DNA of 64,000 nt from NCBI GenBank assembly GCA_048538275.1, contig JBLYPW010000001.1:212919-276918 (forward strand). Direction: 5' to 3'. Shown in pieces: positions 20,522 to 29,865 of this stretch. The stretch's first letter is position 1. The number at the start of each line of letters is the position of its first letter. The notes under the pieces are model-generated. The model was not told the DNA's origin. It saw only the letters and a list, made by a program, of their open reading frames with translations, and searched no databases. The translations under genes and the position numbers were made by a program. The DNA comes from Candidatus Komeilibacteria bacterium (GTDB taxonomy: Bacteria; Patescibacteriota; Patescibacteriia; UBA1558).

Positions 20522-22117
20522 ATGGCTCAATTAATAGATAATAAAGCAATTAATCAGGACGATTCTTCAGCCAGCGGCAATATTTATACTATGCCCGCTA
20601 AATTTACTAAGCCGACCAATTCTAAGAGTAGTCGCAAGATTTTTATTATAGCCGCTATTATAGTCGGTTTGGTGGTGATAGCCGGAGGGGCTTATTGGTT
20701 TATCAATGCTATGCAAGTGCCAACTGATAATATAGTAATAAACGATCAAAGGTTAAACAATAACATGCTATTAAATAATAGCGTTGCAGTTGATAATAAT
20801 ATTAATGAACAACAATCCCCGGTCAGTGATGACATTGAACAGGAAAGAGATGAGCAGCGCTTGCAAGATATTTTTTCTTTGCGCTCTGCCTTGGCGATAT
20901 ATTATGTCAGCGAGAAGGTATATCCAGATAAACTAGAAGATTTGATCCCAACTTATTTACAAGAATTACCCCAAGACCCGCTAGCTGATTCACAAAATTA
21001 CGTTTATATCGGTGCTGGGGATCAAACAAGTTATCAAATAAATTTTTCTTTAGAATCTGGTGGAAAGGTTGGTAATTTAAATTTACCTGCCGGTGATTAT
21101 GTCGCTCGAGCGGATATGATAGAGCCGTTGGTACCTGATGTATCAGAGGATGATAATGACAATGCTTCTGTGGATGATATGGAATTATTGGCCGGATTGG
21201 ATAGTGATAGAGATGCTTTGAGTGATATTGAGGAGAATATATATAAAACCGATGCGGCTTTGGTAGATACAGATGGCGATGGTTATTCTGATGCTAATGA
21301 ATTGGTCAAGCTTTTTGATCCTGCTTTGCCGGACGGTGCCTTATTGGTTGATTCTGCTAATGTATCAGAATATTTCAATAGCAATTACAATTATAGTATT
21401 TATTATCCTACCGTTTGGAACGAACGTGAGCTGACAGAGGATAAAGCAGAAGTTTTGTTTAGTTCAGCTACCACGGAAATGATTCAAGTAATAGTGCAGG
21501 ACAATCCCTTGGGTTTGTCGGCTCGTGATTGGTATATAAAGAATAATCCTGAGATTGACCCTAGTGGCTTACAGGATGTCGTTTTTGATAATATGGTTGG
21601 AGTACAAACAGAAGATGGTTTGCACACTTATTTAGCTTTGGGTAGCGATATTTATGTTTTAGTTTATAATTTAGGCACTACCAATCAGCTCAATTATTTA
21701 GCTACTTATCAAATGATGTTGGCCAGCTTCAAATTAGTAGAGCCAGCCTCTAATGATCCAGCGGTATTGCGTGATCAACAACGTCAGCAAGATGTTTCTA
21801 ATTGGCGCTTGGCTTTGCTTAGTTATCAAGTAGATAACTTATCCTTGCCTGATAGTATAGATGCTGATGTTGATACTTTTCAAATATTAGGTAATGGGTC
21901 AGATTGTGCGATGACTTGTTCTGCTGTGACCACTGCTACGGCTTGTGTAGATATGAGTGGTATTTTAGTGCCTAGTTATTTAGAGTCATTGCCTCAGGAC
22001 CCCAGCACCGGATCAATGGCTAATACTGGATATTATGTAAATTTATTGACAGACGGCACGGTGATTGTTGGTGCTTGCCAGCCTGAGACAATGGATATTA
22101 TTGAGGTGAGTAATTAG
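20522..22117 (+). CDS. membrane-anchored secreted protein with two GspG-like (type II secretion pseudopilin-fold) domains and a TSP3-like Ca-binding repeat
   Basis: N-terminal TM segment with no prepilin leader. Domain 1: ERDEQRLQDIFSLRSALAIYY..YPDKLEDLIPTYLQELPQDPLADSQNYVYIG..YQINFSLESG. Domain 2: RDQQRQQDVSNWRLALLSY..LVPSYLESLPQDPSTGSMANTGYYVNLLTDGTVIVGA. Between them: DTDGDGYSDANE. Confidence 0.7.
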   Translation: MAQLIDNKAINQDDSSASGNIYTMPAKFTKPTNSKSSRKIFIIAAIIVGLVVIAGGAYWFINAMQVPTDNIVINDQRLNNNMLLNNSVAVDNNINEQQSPVSDDIEQERDEQRLQDIFSLRSALAIYYVSEKVYPDKLEDLIPTYLQELPQDPLADSQNYVYIGAGDQTSYQINFSLESGGKVGNLNLPAGDYVARADMIEPLVPDVSEDDNDNASVDDMELLAGLDSDRDALSDIEENIYKTDAALVDTDGDGYSDANELVKLFDPALPDGALLVDSANVSEYFNSNYNYSIYYPTVWNERELTEDKAEVLFSSATTEMIQVIVQDNPLGLSARDWYIKNNPEIDPSGLQDVVFDNMVGVQTEDGLHTYLALGSDIYVLVYNLGTTNQLNYLATYQMMLASFKLVEPASNDPAVLRDQQRQQDVSNWRLALLSYQVDNLSLPDSIDADVDTFQILGNGSDCAMTCSAVTTATACVDMSGILVPSYLESLPQDPSTGSMANTGYYVNLLTDGTVIVGACQPETMDIIEVSN

Positions 22118-22118
22118 T

Positions 22119-22544
22119 ATGTCGTCACTGACTGTGTCATCTGTCGGTGGAGTTCAACTGTCTAGTAGCTATCGTCAGGTCCTAAGGAAGGCAATACAAG
22201 TTGCTGCTCGCCAATTGAAATTAACTTTTCCCCTAAATGTAGTGGTGGTGGATCCGTCTACTAGCCGTAAATTGAATAGTCGTTATCGGGGAGTAAAGAA
22301 AGCGACCGACGTGTTGTCTTTTTTTTATGAACCAAAGCCTCTGAGCGGTGAAATTATTATTTGTTATGATATAGCCAGGCGTCAGGCTAAAGAATTGGGA
22401 CATAGTATTACTACCGAGTTGGCGCAATTGGCTATTCACGCTTGTGCTCATATTGCCGGCTATGATCATGAACTGGACAAAGACAAAAAAATTATGAGCA
22501 AAATTGAAGATAAAATTTGGCATAAATATGAGCAAACGAATTAA
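22119..22544 (+). CDS. ybeY: rRNA maturation endoribonuclease YbeY
   Basis: HACAHIAGYDHE metal-binding motif. Confidence 0.85.
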   Translation: MSSLTVSSVGGVQLSSSYRQVLRKAIQVAARQLKLTFPLNVVVVDPSTSRKLNSRYRGVKKATDVLSFFYEPKPLSGEIIICYDIARRQAKELGHSITTELAQLAIHACAHIAGYDHELDKDKKIMSKIEDKIWHKYEQTN

Positions 22545-22887
22545 ACATTTTGGCAGAAGTTTACGCAGAGCGGGTAAGGGTTTGGCCTTGGTCTGGCGTA
22601 CAGAAAGTAATTTTCGTTGGGAGATTGTGATTGCTATGATTGTGATAGCGGCAATGTTATACTGGCAGGTAACTTTGAAGGAAGCCATTATTTTAATATT
22701 AATCATTACTTTAGTATTAATTTTAGAAATCATTAATTCTGTACTAGAGCGGGTAATGGACATCCTCAAGCCCAAAATATCAGCCTATGTGGCGGTATTG
22801 AAGGATATGATGGCGGCTACCGTTTTATTAGCCAGTATTTGTGCTATCATCATTGGCCTGTTTATTTTCTTACCTTATATATTCTAG
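22528..22887 (+). CDS. dgkA: diacylglycerol/undecaprenol kinase
   Basis: DgkA-family three-TM protein; conserved ybeY-dgkA adjacency. Start taken at MSKRIKHF, overlapping the ybeY end. Confidence 0.75.
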   Translation: MSKRIKHFGRSLRRAGKGLALVWRTESNFRWEIVIAMIVIAAMLYWQVTLKEAIILILIITLVLILEIINSVLERVMDILKPKISAYVAVLKDMMAATVLLASICAIIIGLFIFLPYIF

Positions 22888-22965
22888 AAAAAAGTTAAAA
22901 TATTTTTAGAATCAAAGTTGATAATAAAGAACAAATTAATTGTTCAAGAAAATTCGGGTGTTTAG

Positions 22966-22994
22966 TTGGCAGCAATGCTATATTTTGTTATAAT
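22966..22994 (+). promoter_or_regulatory. sigma70-like promoter (TTGGCA-N17-TATAAT) upstream of ftsA
   Basis: Read directly from the sequence. Confidence 0.5.
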
Positions 22995-23027
22995 TTTAAT
23001 AGTCAATTATAACTTTTTTCTTAATTT

Positions 23028-24272
23028 ATGGCGCATTCGGAAATTGTTACCGGTATAGACATAGGTACCAGTAAAGTGAGAATAGTAACCTTACAACATT
23101 TACCTGAAGGGGGAATGCAAGTTATTGGTGCTGCGGAGCATGACATGGAAGGCATGGCAAAGGGCTCTATCAAATCTATTGAAGAGGCTGTCTCCAGCAT
23201 ATCAGAGTGTTTGGAAAAAGCAGAAAGGATGATAGGCGCACCGATTGAGAATGCCATTATTGGTATTTCAGGTAGTCATATTATTACTCAGGAAAGTAAA
23301 GGGGTGGTTGCGGTAGCCAAAGCCAATGGTGAAATTCAAGAAGATGATGTTGATAGAGTGATAGAAGCCGCTCAAACAGTTGCGACGCCGCCCAACTATG
23401 AGATTTTACATATCATCCCGAAAGATTTTACTGTAGATAGCCAAACAAACATTAAAGATCCGGTTGGTTTGACCGGTATTCGTTTGGAGGTTAACGCTCA
23501 GATGATTTTGGGCCTGACCGCCCAAATTCGTAATTTAACTAAGTGTATTTATCGTACGGGAGTGGATATTGTAGATTTAGTTTTTTCTATTTTAGCAAAT
23601 AGTGAGAGTACATTAACCAAGAAGCAGAAAGAGCTGGGCGTGTGTTTATTGAATATTGGCGCGGCTACTACTTCATTGGTTGTGTTTGAGGAAGGTAATA
23701 TTTTGCACAGTAAAATTTTACCAATTGGTTCCAATCATATTACCAATGATTTGGCCATTGGCTTACGTACAGCAATTCCTACGGCTGAGATAGTAAAGTT
23801 GGAATATGGTCAGGCGATAGCCAAGGACGTGCCCAAAAGAGATGAAATAGATTTGTCAGATATTGCAGATACAGAAAAAGTCGGTTCTAATATTTCTTTG
23901 CGTCATGTCGCAGAAATTATCCAAGCCAGAGTGGAAGAAATTTTTGACATGGTAAATGGGGAATTGCGGGTAATTAAGAGGGACGGCATGTTGCCATCGG
24001 GTATAGTCATTACTGGCGGAGGATCAAAATTACCAGGCTTGATAGAGTTGGCTAAACAGCAGCTCAATTTACCAGCTTTTTTGGGCTATCCTTTGTCGGT
24101 GGACACTACTATTGATAAGATAAATGATCCAGAATATACCCAAGCTTTGGGCCTAGCTTTGTGGGGAACCAAACAAAGTAATAGTAAGACTGGTTTACGT
24201 TTGGGCAGTTTTTCTTCTGTAGAAAAAACAGTAGGTAGTATCAAGGATTGGTTCCAATCATTATTACCATAA
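23028..24272 (+). CDS. ftsA: cell division protein FtsA
   Basis: Actin-fold FtsA motifs (GIDIGTSKVRIV.., ..VITGGGSKLPGL). Confidence 0.9.
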   Translation: MAHSEIVTGIDIGTSKVRIVTLQHLPEGGMQVIGAAEHDMEGMAKGSIKSIEEAVSSISECLEKAERMIGAPIENAIIGISGSHIITQESKGVVAVAKANGEIQEDDVDRVIEAAQTVATPPNYEILHIIPKDFTVDSQTNIKDPVGLTGIRLEVNAQMILGLTAQIRNLTKCIYRTGVDIVDLVFSILANSESTLTKKQKELGVCLLNIGAATTSLVVFEEGNILHSKILPIGSNHITNDLAIGLRTAIPTAEIVKLEYGQAIAKDVPKRDEIDLSDIADTEKVGSNISLRHVAEIIQARVEEIFDMVNGELRVIKRDGMLPSGIVITGGGSKLPGLIELAKQQLNLPAFLGYPLSVDTTIDKINDPEYTQALGLALWGTKQSNSKTGLRLGSFSSVEKTVGSIKDWFQSLLP

Positions 24273-24398
24273 AAGTTGTAGTCTATAAGTTTTGATTGCA
24301 ATTTGGTGTATAAATTTTATTAGATAAAAACTTGAACAATAATATTAATAAAATTATTTATAGTATATTGTAACACCATTAGTATTAAATTTTAGTAT

Positions 24399-25586
24399 AT
24401 GGCTAAATCAACCAAGAGTAAATCAATGGAAATCAAGCCCGATATAGAGACTTTTGCCAAGATCAAAGTGGCGGGAGTGGGTGGTTCTGGCGGCGCTGCG
24501 GTCAATCGTATGGTTCGCGCCGGTATTCGGGGAGTAGAATTTGTTTCTGTTAATACAGATGCGCAGGCTTTAAATAGTACAGAGGCTCATAAAAAGATAC
24601 ATATTGGCAAAGAAACTACGCGTGGTTTGGGTGCGGGCATGGATCCAGAAGTCGGCATGCGCGCTGCCGAGGAAGATAAAGAGGATATTAAAAAAGTATT
24701 ACAGGACGCGGATATGGTTTTTATCACTTGTGGTTTGGGTGGTGGCACCGGTAGTGGCGCTGCGCCTATTGTGGCAGAGGTAGCTAAAGATTTGGGAGCT
24801 TTAACGGTAGCGGTAGTAACTAAGCCTTTTGCTTTTGAAGGCGCGCAACGACGCAATATAGCTGATCGCGCATTGGATAATTTGGTTGATAAGGTTGATA
24901 CTATTATCACCATCCCCAATGATCGCCTGCTTCAAGTTATAGATAAAAAAACTTCATTATTGGATGCCTTTGCCATTGTGGATGAGGTTTTGAAACAAGG
25001 TGTGCAGGGCATCTCAGAGCTTATTACCATCCCTGGCTTGGTTAATGTAGATTTCGCTGATGTTAAATCTATTATGAAAGACGCCGGTAGCGCTTTGATG
25101 GGTATTGGTCGGGCATCTGGTGAGAATCGGGCGACAGAAGCAGCTAAGCTAGCGATTGACAGTCCGCTGTTGGAAATGTCTATCAAGGGTGCTAAGGGCG
25201 TGCTCTTTACTATTGCGGGTGATACGACTATGACCATGCACGAAGTCAATGAAGCGGCTGAGGTAGTAACTTCGGCTTTGGATCCAAATGCGCGTGTTAT
25301 TTTTGGCGCGGTGTTAGATGAGAATATGGATGATGAGCTTAAAATTACAGTTATTGCTACCGGTTTCAATACCAACAAATCTATGGATGAAGTCGCGGGT
25401 ATGAAATCTTATACCCCTAATCCGGTTGTAGATAAAGTAGAACGCAAGACTCGCCAGTCAGATAGTGAGGATGAAGTATCTAGCAGACCGGAAATATTTA
25501 AAAAGAAAAAAGAAAATAAAGAAGTTGTGGAAGAAGAAGACAGCGAATTGGACATCCCCACTTTTATAAGAAAAAAAATGAACTAA
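24399..25586 (+). CDS. ftsZ: cell division GTPase FtsZ
   Basis: Tubulin signature GGGTGSG and GVGGSGGAAVNRM. Confidence 0.95.
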   Translation: MAKSTKSKSMEIKPDIETFAKIKVAGVGGSGGAAVNRMVRAGIRGVEFVSVNTDAQALNSTEAHKKIHIGKETTRGLGAGMDPEVGMRAAEEDKEDIKKVLQDADMVFITCGLGGGTGSGAAPIVAEVAKDLGALTVAVVTKPFAFEGAQRRNIADRALDNLVDKVDTIITIPNDRLLQVIDKKTSLLDAFAIVDEVLKQGVQGISELITIPGLVNVDFADVKSIMKDAGSALMGIGRASGENRATEAAKLAIDSPLLEMSIKGAKGVLFTIAGDTTMTMHEVNEAAEVVTSALDPNARVIFGAVLDENMDDELKITVIATGFNTNKSMDEVAGMKSYTPNPVVDKVERKTRQSDSEDEVSSRPEIFKKKKENKEVVEEEDSELDIPTFIRKKMN

Positions 25587-26045
25587 ATGCATTGCCCCGT
25601 CTGTTTATATAAAGATACCAAAGTTTTGGATTCGCGCATGGTGGCTGATGGTTTTGCTATTCGTAGACGTCGGGAGTGTATCCGTTGTAATTATCGTTTT
25701 TCTACGCAGGAGGAAATTGAATTGCTGAATTTGACTGTGATAAAAAGAGACGGTCGGCGAGAAGCTTATAGTCGAGAAAAAATGCAGAGTGGAGTAAAAA
25801 AATCATTGGAAAAGCGATCATTTACACAGGAGGCTTTTAGGAAATTACTCAATGGTATAGAACGCGATATTCAGAAAAAACGAAAGGATGAAATTACTAG
25901 TGGTGACATTGGTGAAATCGTAGCACGTCATTTGAAGAAATTTGATAAAGTTGCTTATATTCGTTTTGCTTCGGTATATTATTCTTTTGAGAATGTTGAT
26001 TCTTTTCAAGAAGTACTAAAAACATTAAAACGGAGAAGGAAATAA
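25587..26045 (+). CDS. nrdR: transcriptional repressor NrdR
   Basis: Zn-ribbon CPVC..CIRC plus an ATP-cone. Confidence 0.9.
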   Translation: MHCPVCLYKDTKVLDSRMVADGFAIRRRRECIRCNYRFSTQEEIELLNLTVIKRDGRREAYSREKMQSGVKKSLEKRSFTQEAFRKLLNGIERDIQKKRKDEITSGDIGEIVARHLKKFDKVAYIRFASVYYSFENVDSFQEVLKTLKRRRK

Positions 26046-26049
26046 TACT

Positions 26050-26523
26050 ATGAAACAATCATTAAGTATGCCCATTCGTATTGTTTTAGTCTTGGCAGTC
26101 GCCTTGATTGTTTGGATTGTGGGCGTGATGGTGGGACAAGAAAATACCGTTACCATTCTCAATCCGGATACTTCTTATACGGGTATGCATACTAATACTC
26201 AAGGTACTGTCAATATTATGATTGATTATAATAATGGTGATATTGCTACATACAATAATTTACCCTTAGCTACCAATCATAGTTTGTGGGCCGTAGTGAA
26301 GCGCTTGGCTGATCAAGAGCATATACCATTGAGTTATAATGATGATTTTGATACCGTTGGTCTGCAGTGGTGGCGTTTGGCCGGCCGTGGTAATGTTCAA
26401 GGGGGGATTCAGTGGCATGTTTGGGTAAATAATGTTTATCAGAATAAGTCTTGGGATAAAATTGAGCTTAAACCGGGTGACATAGTAAGTTTTAAGCATT
26501 TATATTATCAAGTCAATGACTAA
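26050..26523 (+). CDS. secreted DUF4430-like (transcobalamin-like fold) protein
   Basis: Signal/TM segment; C-terminal W.VWVNN......W..I.LKPGDIV.F pattern typical of DUF4430. Confidence 0.5.
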   Translation: MKQSLSMPIRIVLVLAVALIVWIVGVMVGQENTVTILNPDTSYTGMHTNTQGTVNIMIDYNNGDIATYNNLPLATNHSLWAVVKRLADQEHIPLSYNDDFDTVGLQWWRLAGRGNVQGGIQWHVWVNNVYQNKSWDKIELKPGDIVSFKHLYYQVND

Positions 26524-26845
26524 TTTTGCCGGAGCTTCTCCCGACGAACAAAATAAACGTCTCTTGGAGGAGAACTTAGCTATCAGTCAAGAGATACGTG
26601 CTGAAATTCAGCGCATTCGTCGTTATATTCTTTGGGGTAGAATTATGACAGCAGTACAATTTTTATTGATAATAGTGCCTATTATTTTGGGTATTATTTA
26701 TTTACCACCCCTTGTGCAACAGTTTATTGGTAGTTTTAGTAGTTTGGGTGGTGCTAATGGTAGCATACCTGGGCAAGTAACAGATCCTAGTACCTGGCAA
26801 GGATTATTAGAGCAATATAAAGGAGTGCTTGATCTCTATAAGTAA
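26516..26845 (+). CDS. small membrane protein, unknown function
   Basis: ORF with one strong TM helix; tightly packed with its neighbours. Confidence 0.4.
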   Translation: MTNFAGASPDEQNKRLLEENLAISQEIRAEIQRIRRYILWGRIMTAVQFLLIIVPIILGIIYLPPLVQQFIGSFSSLGGANGSIPGQVTDPSTWQGLLEQYKGVLDLYK

Positions 26846-26948
26846 TTATATATATAATAATATAACCATTGTTCAAAGCGGGGGTTAATTTGGACGTTTT
26901 TTAGTTTCATTGATGCTAAAATATTACTAATAATTAACCTGATATTAT

Positions 26949-28268
26949 ATGTTGAACTTAGCCAATAATACAAACAAGAAAAAATGGACACTAAATTCAA
27001 TGGTGATAACCTTGATTTTGAGTATTATTTTGGGGGGTGTGGCCGGTGGTATAGCTGGATTGATGACCGCGACCTTTTGGTCTAGTAATATGCAGTCATT
27101 GTTGGCTGATTGGGGCTGGTCGCAGCCTTCTATTGTTGCTTCGCGCACTAAGTCAGACACGCAAGCTGATGACCAATCAAAGCCCATAAATAATAATGCA
27201 GCTACCCCTACCAAATTAACTGTAGAGCAAATTGTAGCCCAGTCTTCCCCGGCAGTAGTTTCCATAGTGGGTAGCAAAGACATAGTGATCAATCAGAATA
27301 ATATGTTTCCCTTTGACAGTTGGTTTGATTTTGGATGGCCTTTTGTTGTGCCGCAGCAGCCTGATAATAATGAACAGCCGCCACAAACGCAAAGACAGCA
27401 GATTGGCGCTGGCAGTGGTTTTATTATCTCGGCGGATGGCTTGATTTTAACCAATCGCCATGTAGTGGAAGATGTGACGGCGGATTATACGGTGACTACT
27501 GCAGATGGCATTACTTATGAGGCGACTGTTTTGGGGCGTGATACTTTTAATGATTTGGCCATTATAAAAATAGACGGTAAAAATTTACCTGTTTTAAAGC
27601 TGGGTGATTCTGATAAAGTACAGATAGGTGAAACTGTCGTGGCTATTGGCAATGCCTTGGGTGAGTATAGTAATACGGTTACTACCGGCATAGTGTCTGG
27701 TCTAGGACGAGATGTGGTGGCTGGAAATGGTCAGTCATCGGAAAAATTGGCTGGCGTCATTCAAACTGATGCCGCCATTAATCCGGGAAATTCTGGCGGA
27801 CCATTGATAAATATGCACGGCGACGTGATTGGTATAAATACAGCTATGAATAGCCAGGGTCAGTTGATCGGCTTTGCCTTACCTATCAATACTGCTAAAC
27901 AAGTAGTGGATAGCGTGAAACAATATGGTCGTATTGTGAGGCCTTTCTTGGGCGTGCGTTATGTGATGATAAACGATCATATTGCTCAGCAAAATAGTTT
28001 AGAGATAAAATACGGCGCCTTGATTGCGCGGGGACAAAGTCAAGCGGAATTAGCAGTCATGCCTGGTAGTCCAGCTGATAAGGCTGGTTTGGTAGAGAAT
28101 GACATTATTTTAGAAATCAATGACGTGAAGTTGGATGAGAATAATACTTTAGCAGAACAGATTGCCAAATTTCAGCCACATGATATCATTACTTTAAAGG
28201 TATATCATCGGGGTGATTATAAGACAGTGAAGGTAGAGCTGGCTGAATATCAGAATAATAGTCAATAA
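26949..28268 (+). CDS. htrA: HtrA/DegP-family serine protease with a PDZ domain
   Basis: Catalytic triad context: ..ILTNRHVV.., ..DLAIIKI.., GNSGGPLIN; C-terminal PDZ. Confidence 0.9.
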   Translation: MLNLANNTNKKKWTLNSMVITLILSIILGGVAGGIAGLMTATFWSSNMQSLLADWGWSQPSIVASRTKSDTQADDQSKPINNNAATPTKLTVEQIVAQSSPAVVSIVGSKDIVINQNNMFPFDSWFDFGWPFVVPQQPDNNEQPPQTQRQQIGAGSGFIISADGLILTNRHVVEDVTADYTVTTADGITYEATVLGRDTFNDLAIIKIDGKNLPVLKLGDSDKVQIGETVVAIGNALGEYSNTVTTGIVSGLGRDVVAGNGQSSEKLAGVIQTDAAINPGNSGGPLINMHGDVIGINTAMNSQGQLIGFALPINTAKQVVDSVKQYGRIVRPFLGVRYVMINDHIAQQNSLEIKYGALIARGQSQAELAVMPGSPADKAGLVENDIILEINDVKLDENNTLAEQIAKFQPHDIITLKVYHRGDYKTVKVELAEYQNNSQ

Positions 28269-28280
28269 TAAAAAAGTGTA

Positions 28281-29387
28281 ATGTCAGAATTAAAGGACAA
28301 ATTTGCAAAGTTGGCTCAAGGCGTAAACAACCTGGGCCAACTTTTAGATATTGAAGCCAAAATTATTCAAGCCAAAAAATTACAAAAACAAAGCGAGTCG
28401 TCTAATTTTTGGCAAGACGCCAAGCGCGCTGCTCATATTAGTAAACAGTTGGCGGATTTGAACGCAGAAGTAAAGCAATGGCAAGATTTAAAAACTGGTG
28501 TGTACGAAGCGTTTGATTTGTCCGCTTTGGCTGATAATGATCAATCATTGAGTGATGAATTGGATGATAGATATGGTCGTTTGGAGAAAATATATCGCTC
28601 TCTACAGTGGTTGACATTGTTTTCCGGCAAGTATGATAGACATAGTGCGGTGATGAGTATTTATGCCGGTGCTGGCGGCGATGAAGCGCAAGATTGGGTA
28701 GCAATGTTATTGCGTATGTATTTGCGTTTTGCTGAACAACATGGTTGGCAGGCTAATATCGTGGCCGCTAGTCAAGGTAGTGAAGCTGGCTATAAAAATA
28801 TAGTAGTAGAAATTATCGGTAAATATGCTTATGGCAAATTACAAAGTGAATCAGGCGTGCATCGTTTAGTAAGATTGTCACCTTTTGACGCCGATCATGC
28901 GCGTCATACTTCATTTGCCATGGTGGATATTTTACCGGAGTTGGAAGCTGATGATAGTACGGTTGAGATTGACCCTAAAGATATTCGGATTGATACTTTT
29001 CGTGCTTCTGGCAAGGGTGGTCAAAAAGTCAATAAAACTGATTCGGCTGTGCGCGTAGTGCATGAGCCCACCGGGATTATAGTGGTTTGTCAAAATGAAC
29101 GCTCGCAGGCACAGAATAAAGAAACTGCTTTACGTATTTTGCGTAGTAAATTGCAAATATTAGAAGATGAAAAACAGGAAGAAGCCAAACGAGTTTTGCA
29201 GGGCGAATTAACAGAGGCGGCCTGGGGTAATCAAATTCGTTCTTATGTTCTTCATCCTTATAAAATGGTCAAAGATCATCGTACGGATTTAGTTAGTAAA
29301 GATCCGCAAGCTGTATTGGATGGTAATTTGGATGAATTTATTGACGCCTATTTAAAATATAAAGCCAAACCCAATGCCCAAACTTAA
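28281..29387 (+). CDS. prfB: peptide chain release factor 2 (single ORF, no programmed frameshift)
   Basis: SPF tripeptide motif and GGQ motif (ASGKGGQKVNKTDSAVR). Confidence 0.9.
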   Translation: MSELKDKFAKLAQGVNNLGQLLDIEAKIIQAKKLQKQSESSNFWQDAKRAAHISKQLADLNAEVKQWQDLKTGVYEAFDLSALADNDQSLSDELDDRYGRLEKIYRSLQWLTLFSGKYDRHSAVMSIYAGAGGDEAQDWVAMLLRMYLRFAEQHGWQANIVAASQGSEAGYKNIVVEIIGKYAYGKLQSESGVHRLVRLSPFDADHARHTSFAMVDILPELEADDSTVEIDPKDIRIDTFRASGKGGQKVNKTDSAVRVVHEPTGIIVVCQNERSQAQNKETALRILRSKLQILEDEKQEEAKRVLQGELTEAAWGNQIRSYVLHPYKMVKDHRTDLVSKDPQAVLDGNLDEFIDAYLKYKAKPNAQT

Positions 29388-29805
29388 ACATATAGCAAAA
29401 TATGGATTATTTACATTATTATGGATGAGTTTAATTTGGTATTTATCCGCCCAACCTAATTTAGTGATTGGACTGCCTGGTATCTGGGAGTTGTTTGCTC
29501 GTAAGCTAGCTCATATTGCCATCTATACTATATTGGCTTTATTACTGATGAAATTATTTAGTCATGCTTGGGTCGGACGTCGTCCCAGTAGAGTAGAGTT
29601 AGTGTTGCAAGTAAGCTTGGTTATTATTTTGGCGGTATTATTTGCAATCAGTGATGAATGGCATCAAAGTTTTATTGCTGGACGGCAGGGTAGTGGCATA
29701 GATATTATTATTGACAGCATCGGTGTGTTATTTGGCATTGTTTGGGGTTGGCGCTTGCAAGATACGCGTTTACGTCATAGCTGGAAAATTTTATTGACAA
29801 GGTAG
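29374..29805 (+). CDS. VanZ-like membrane protein
   Basis: ISDEWHQSFIAGRQGSGIDIIIDSIG matches the VanZ family signature. Confidence 0.6.
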   Translation: MPKLKHIAKYGLFTLLWMSLIWYLSAQPNLVIGLPGIWELFARKLAHIAIYTILALLLMKLFSHAWVGRRPSRVELVLQVSLVIILAVLFAISDEWHQSFIAGRQGSGIDIIIDSIGVLFGIVWGWRLQDTRLRHSWKILLTR

Positions 29806-29865
29806 AAGTTTTGCGATAAGTTTGAGAATAATGAAACAGGGTCCAAAAGAAGGGACTCTGTTTTT

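Noticed and set aside
28281-29387. Absence of the programmed +1 frameshift in prfB
   Set aside because: Many bacteria encode RF2 as a single ORF. The protein is full length with SPF and GGQ motifs, so this is not an anomaly.
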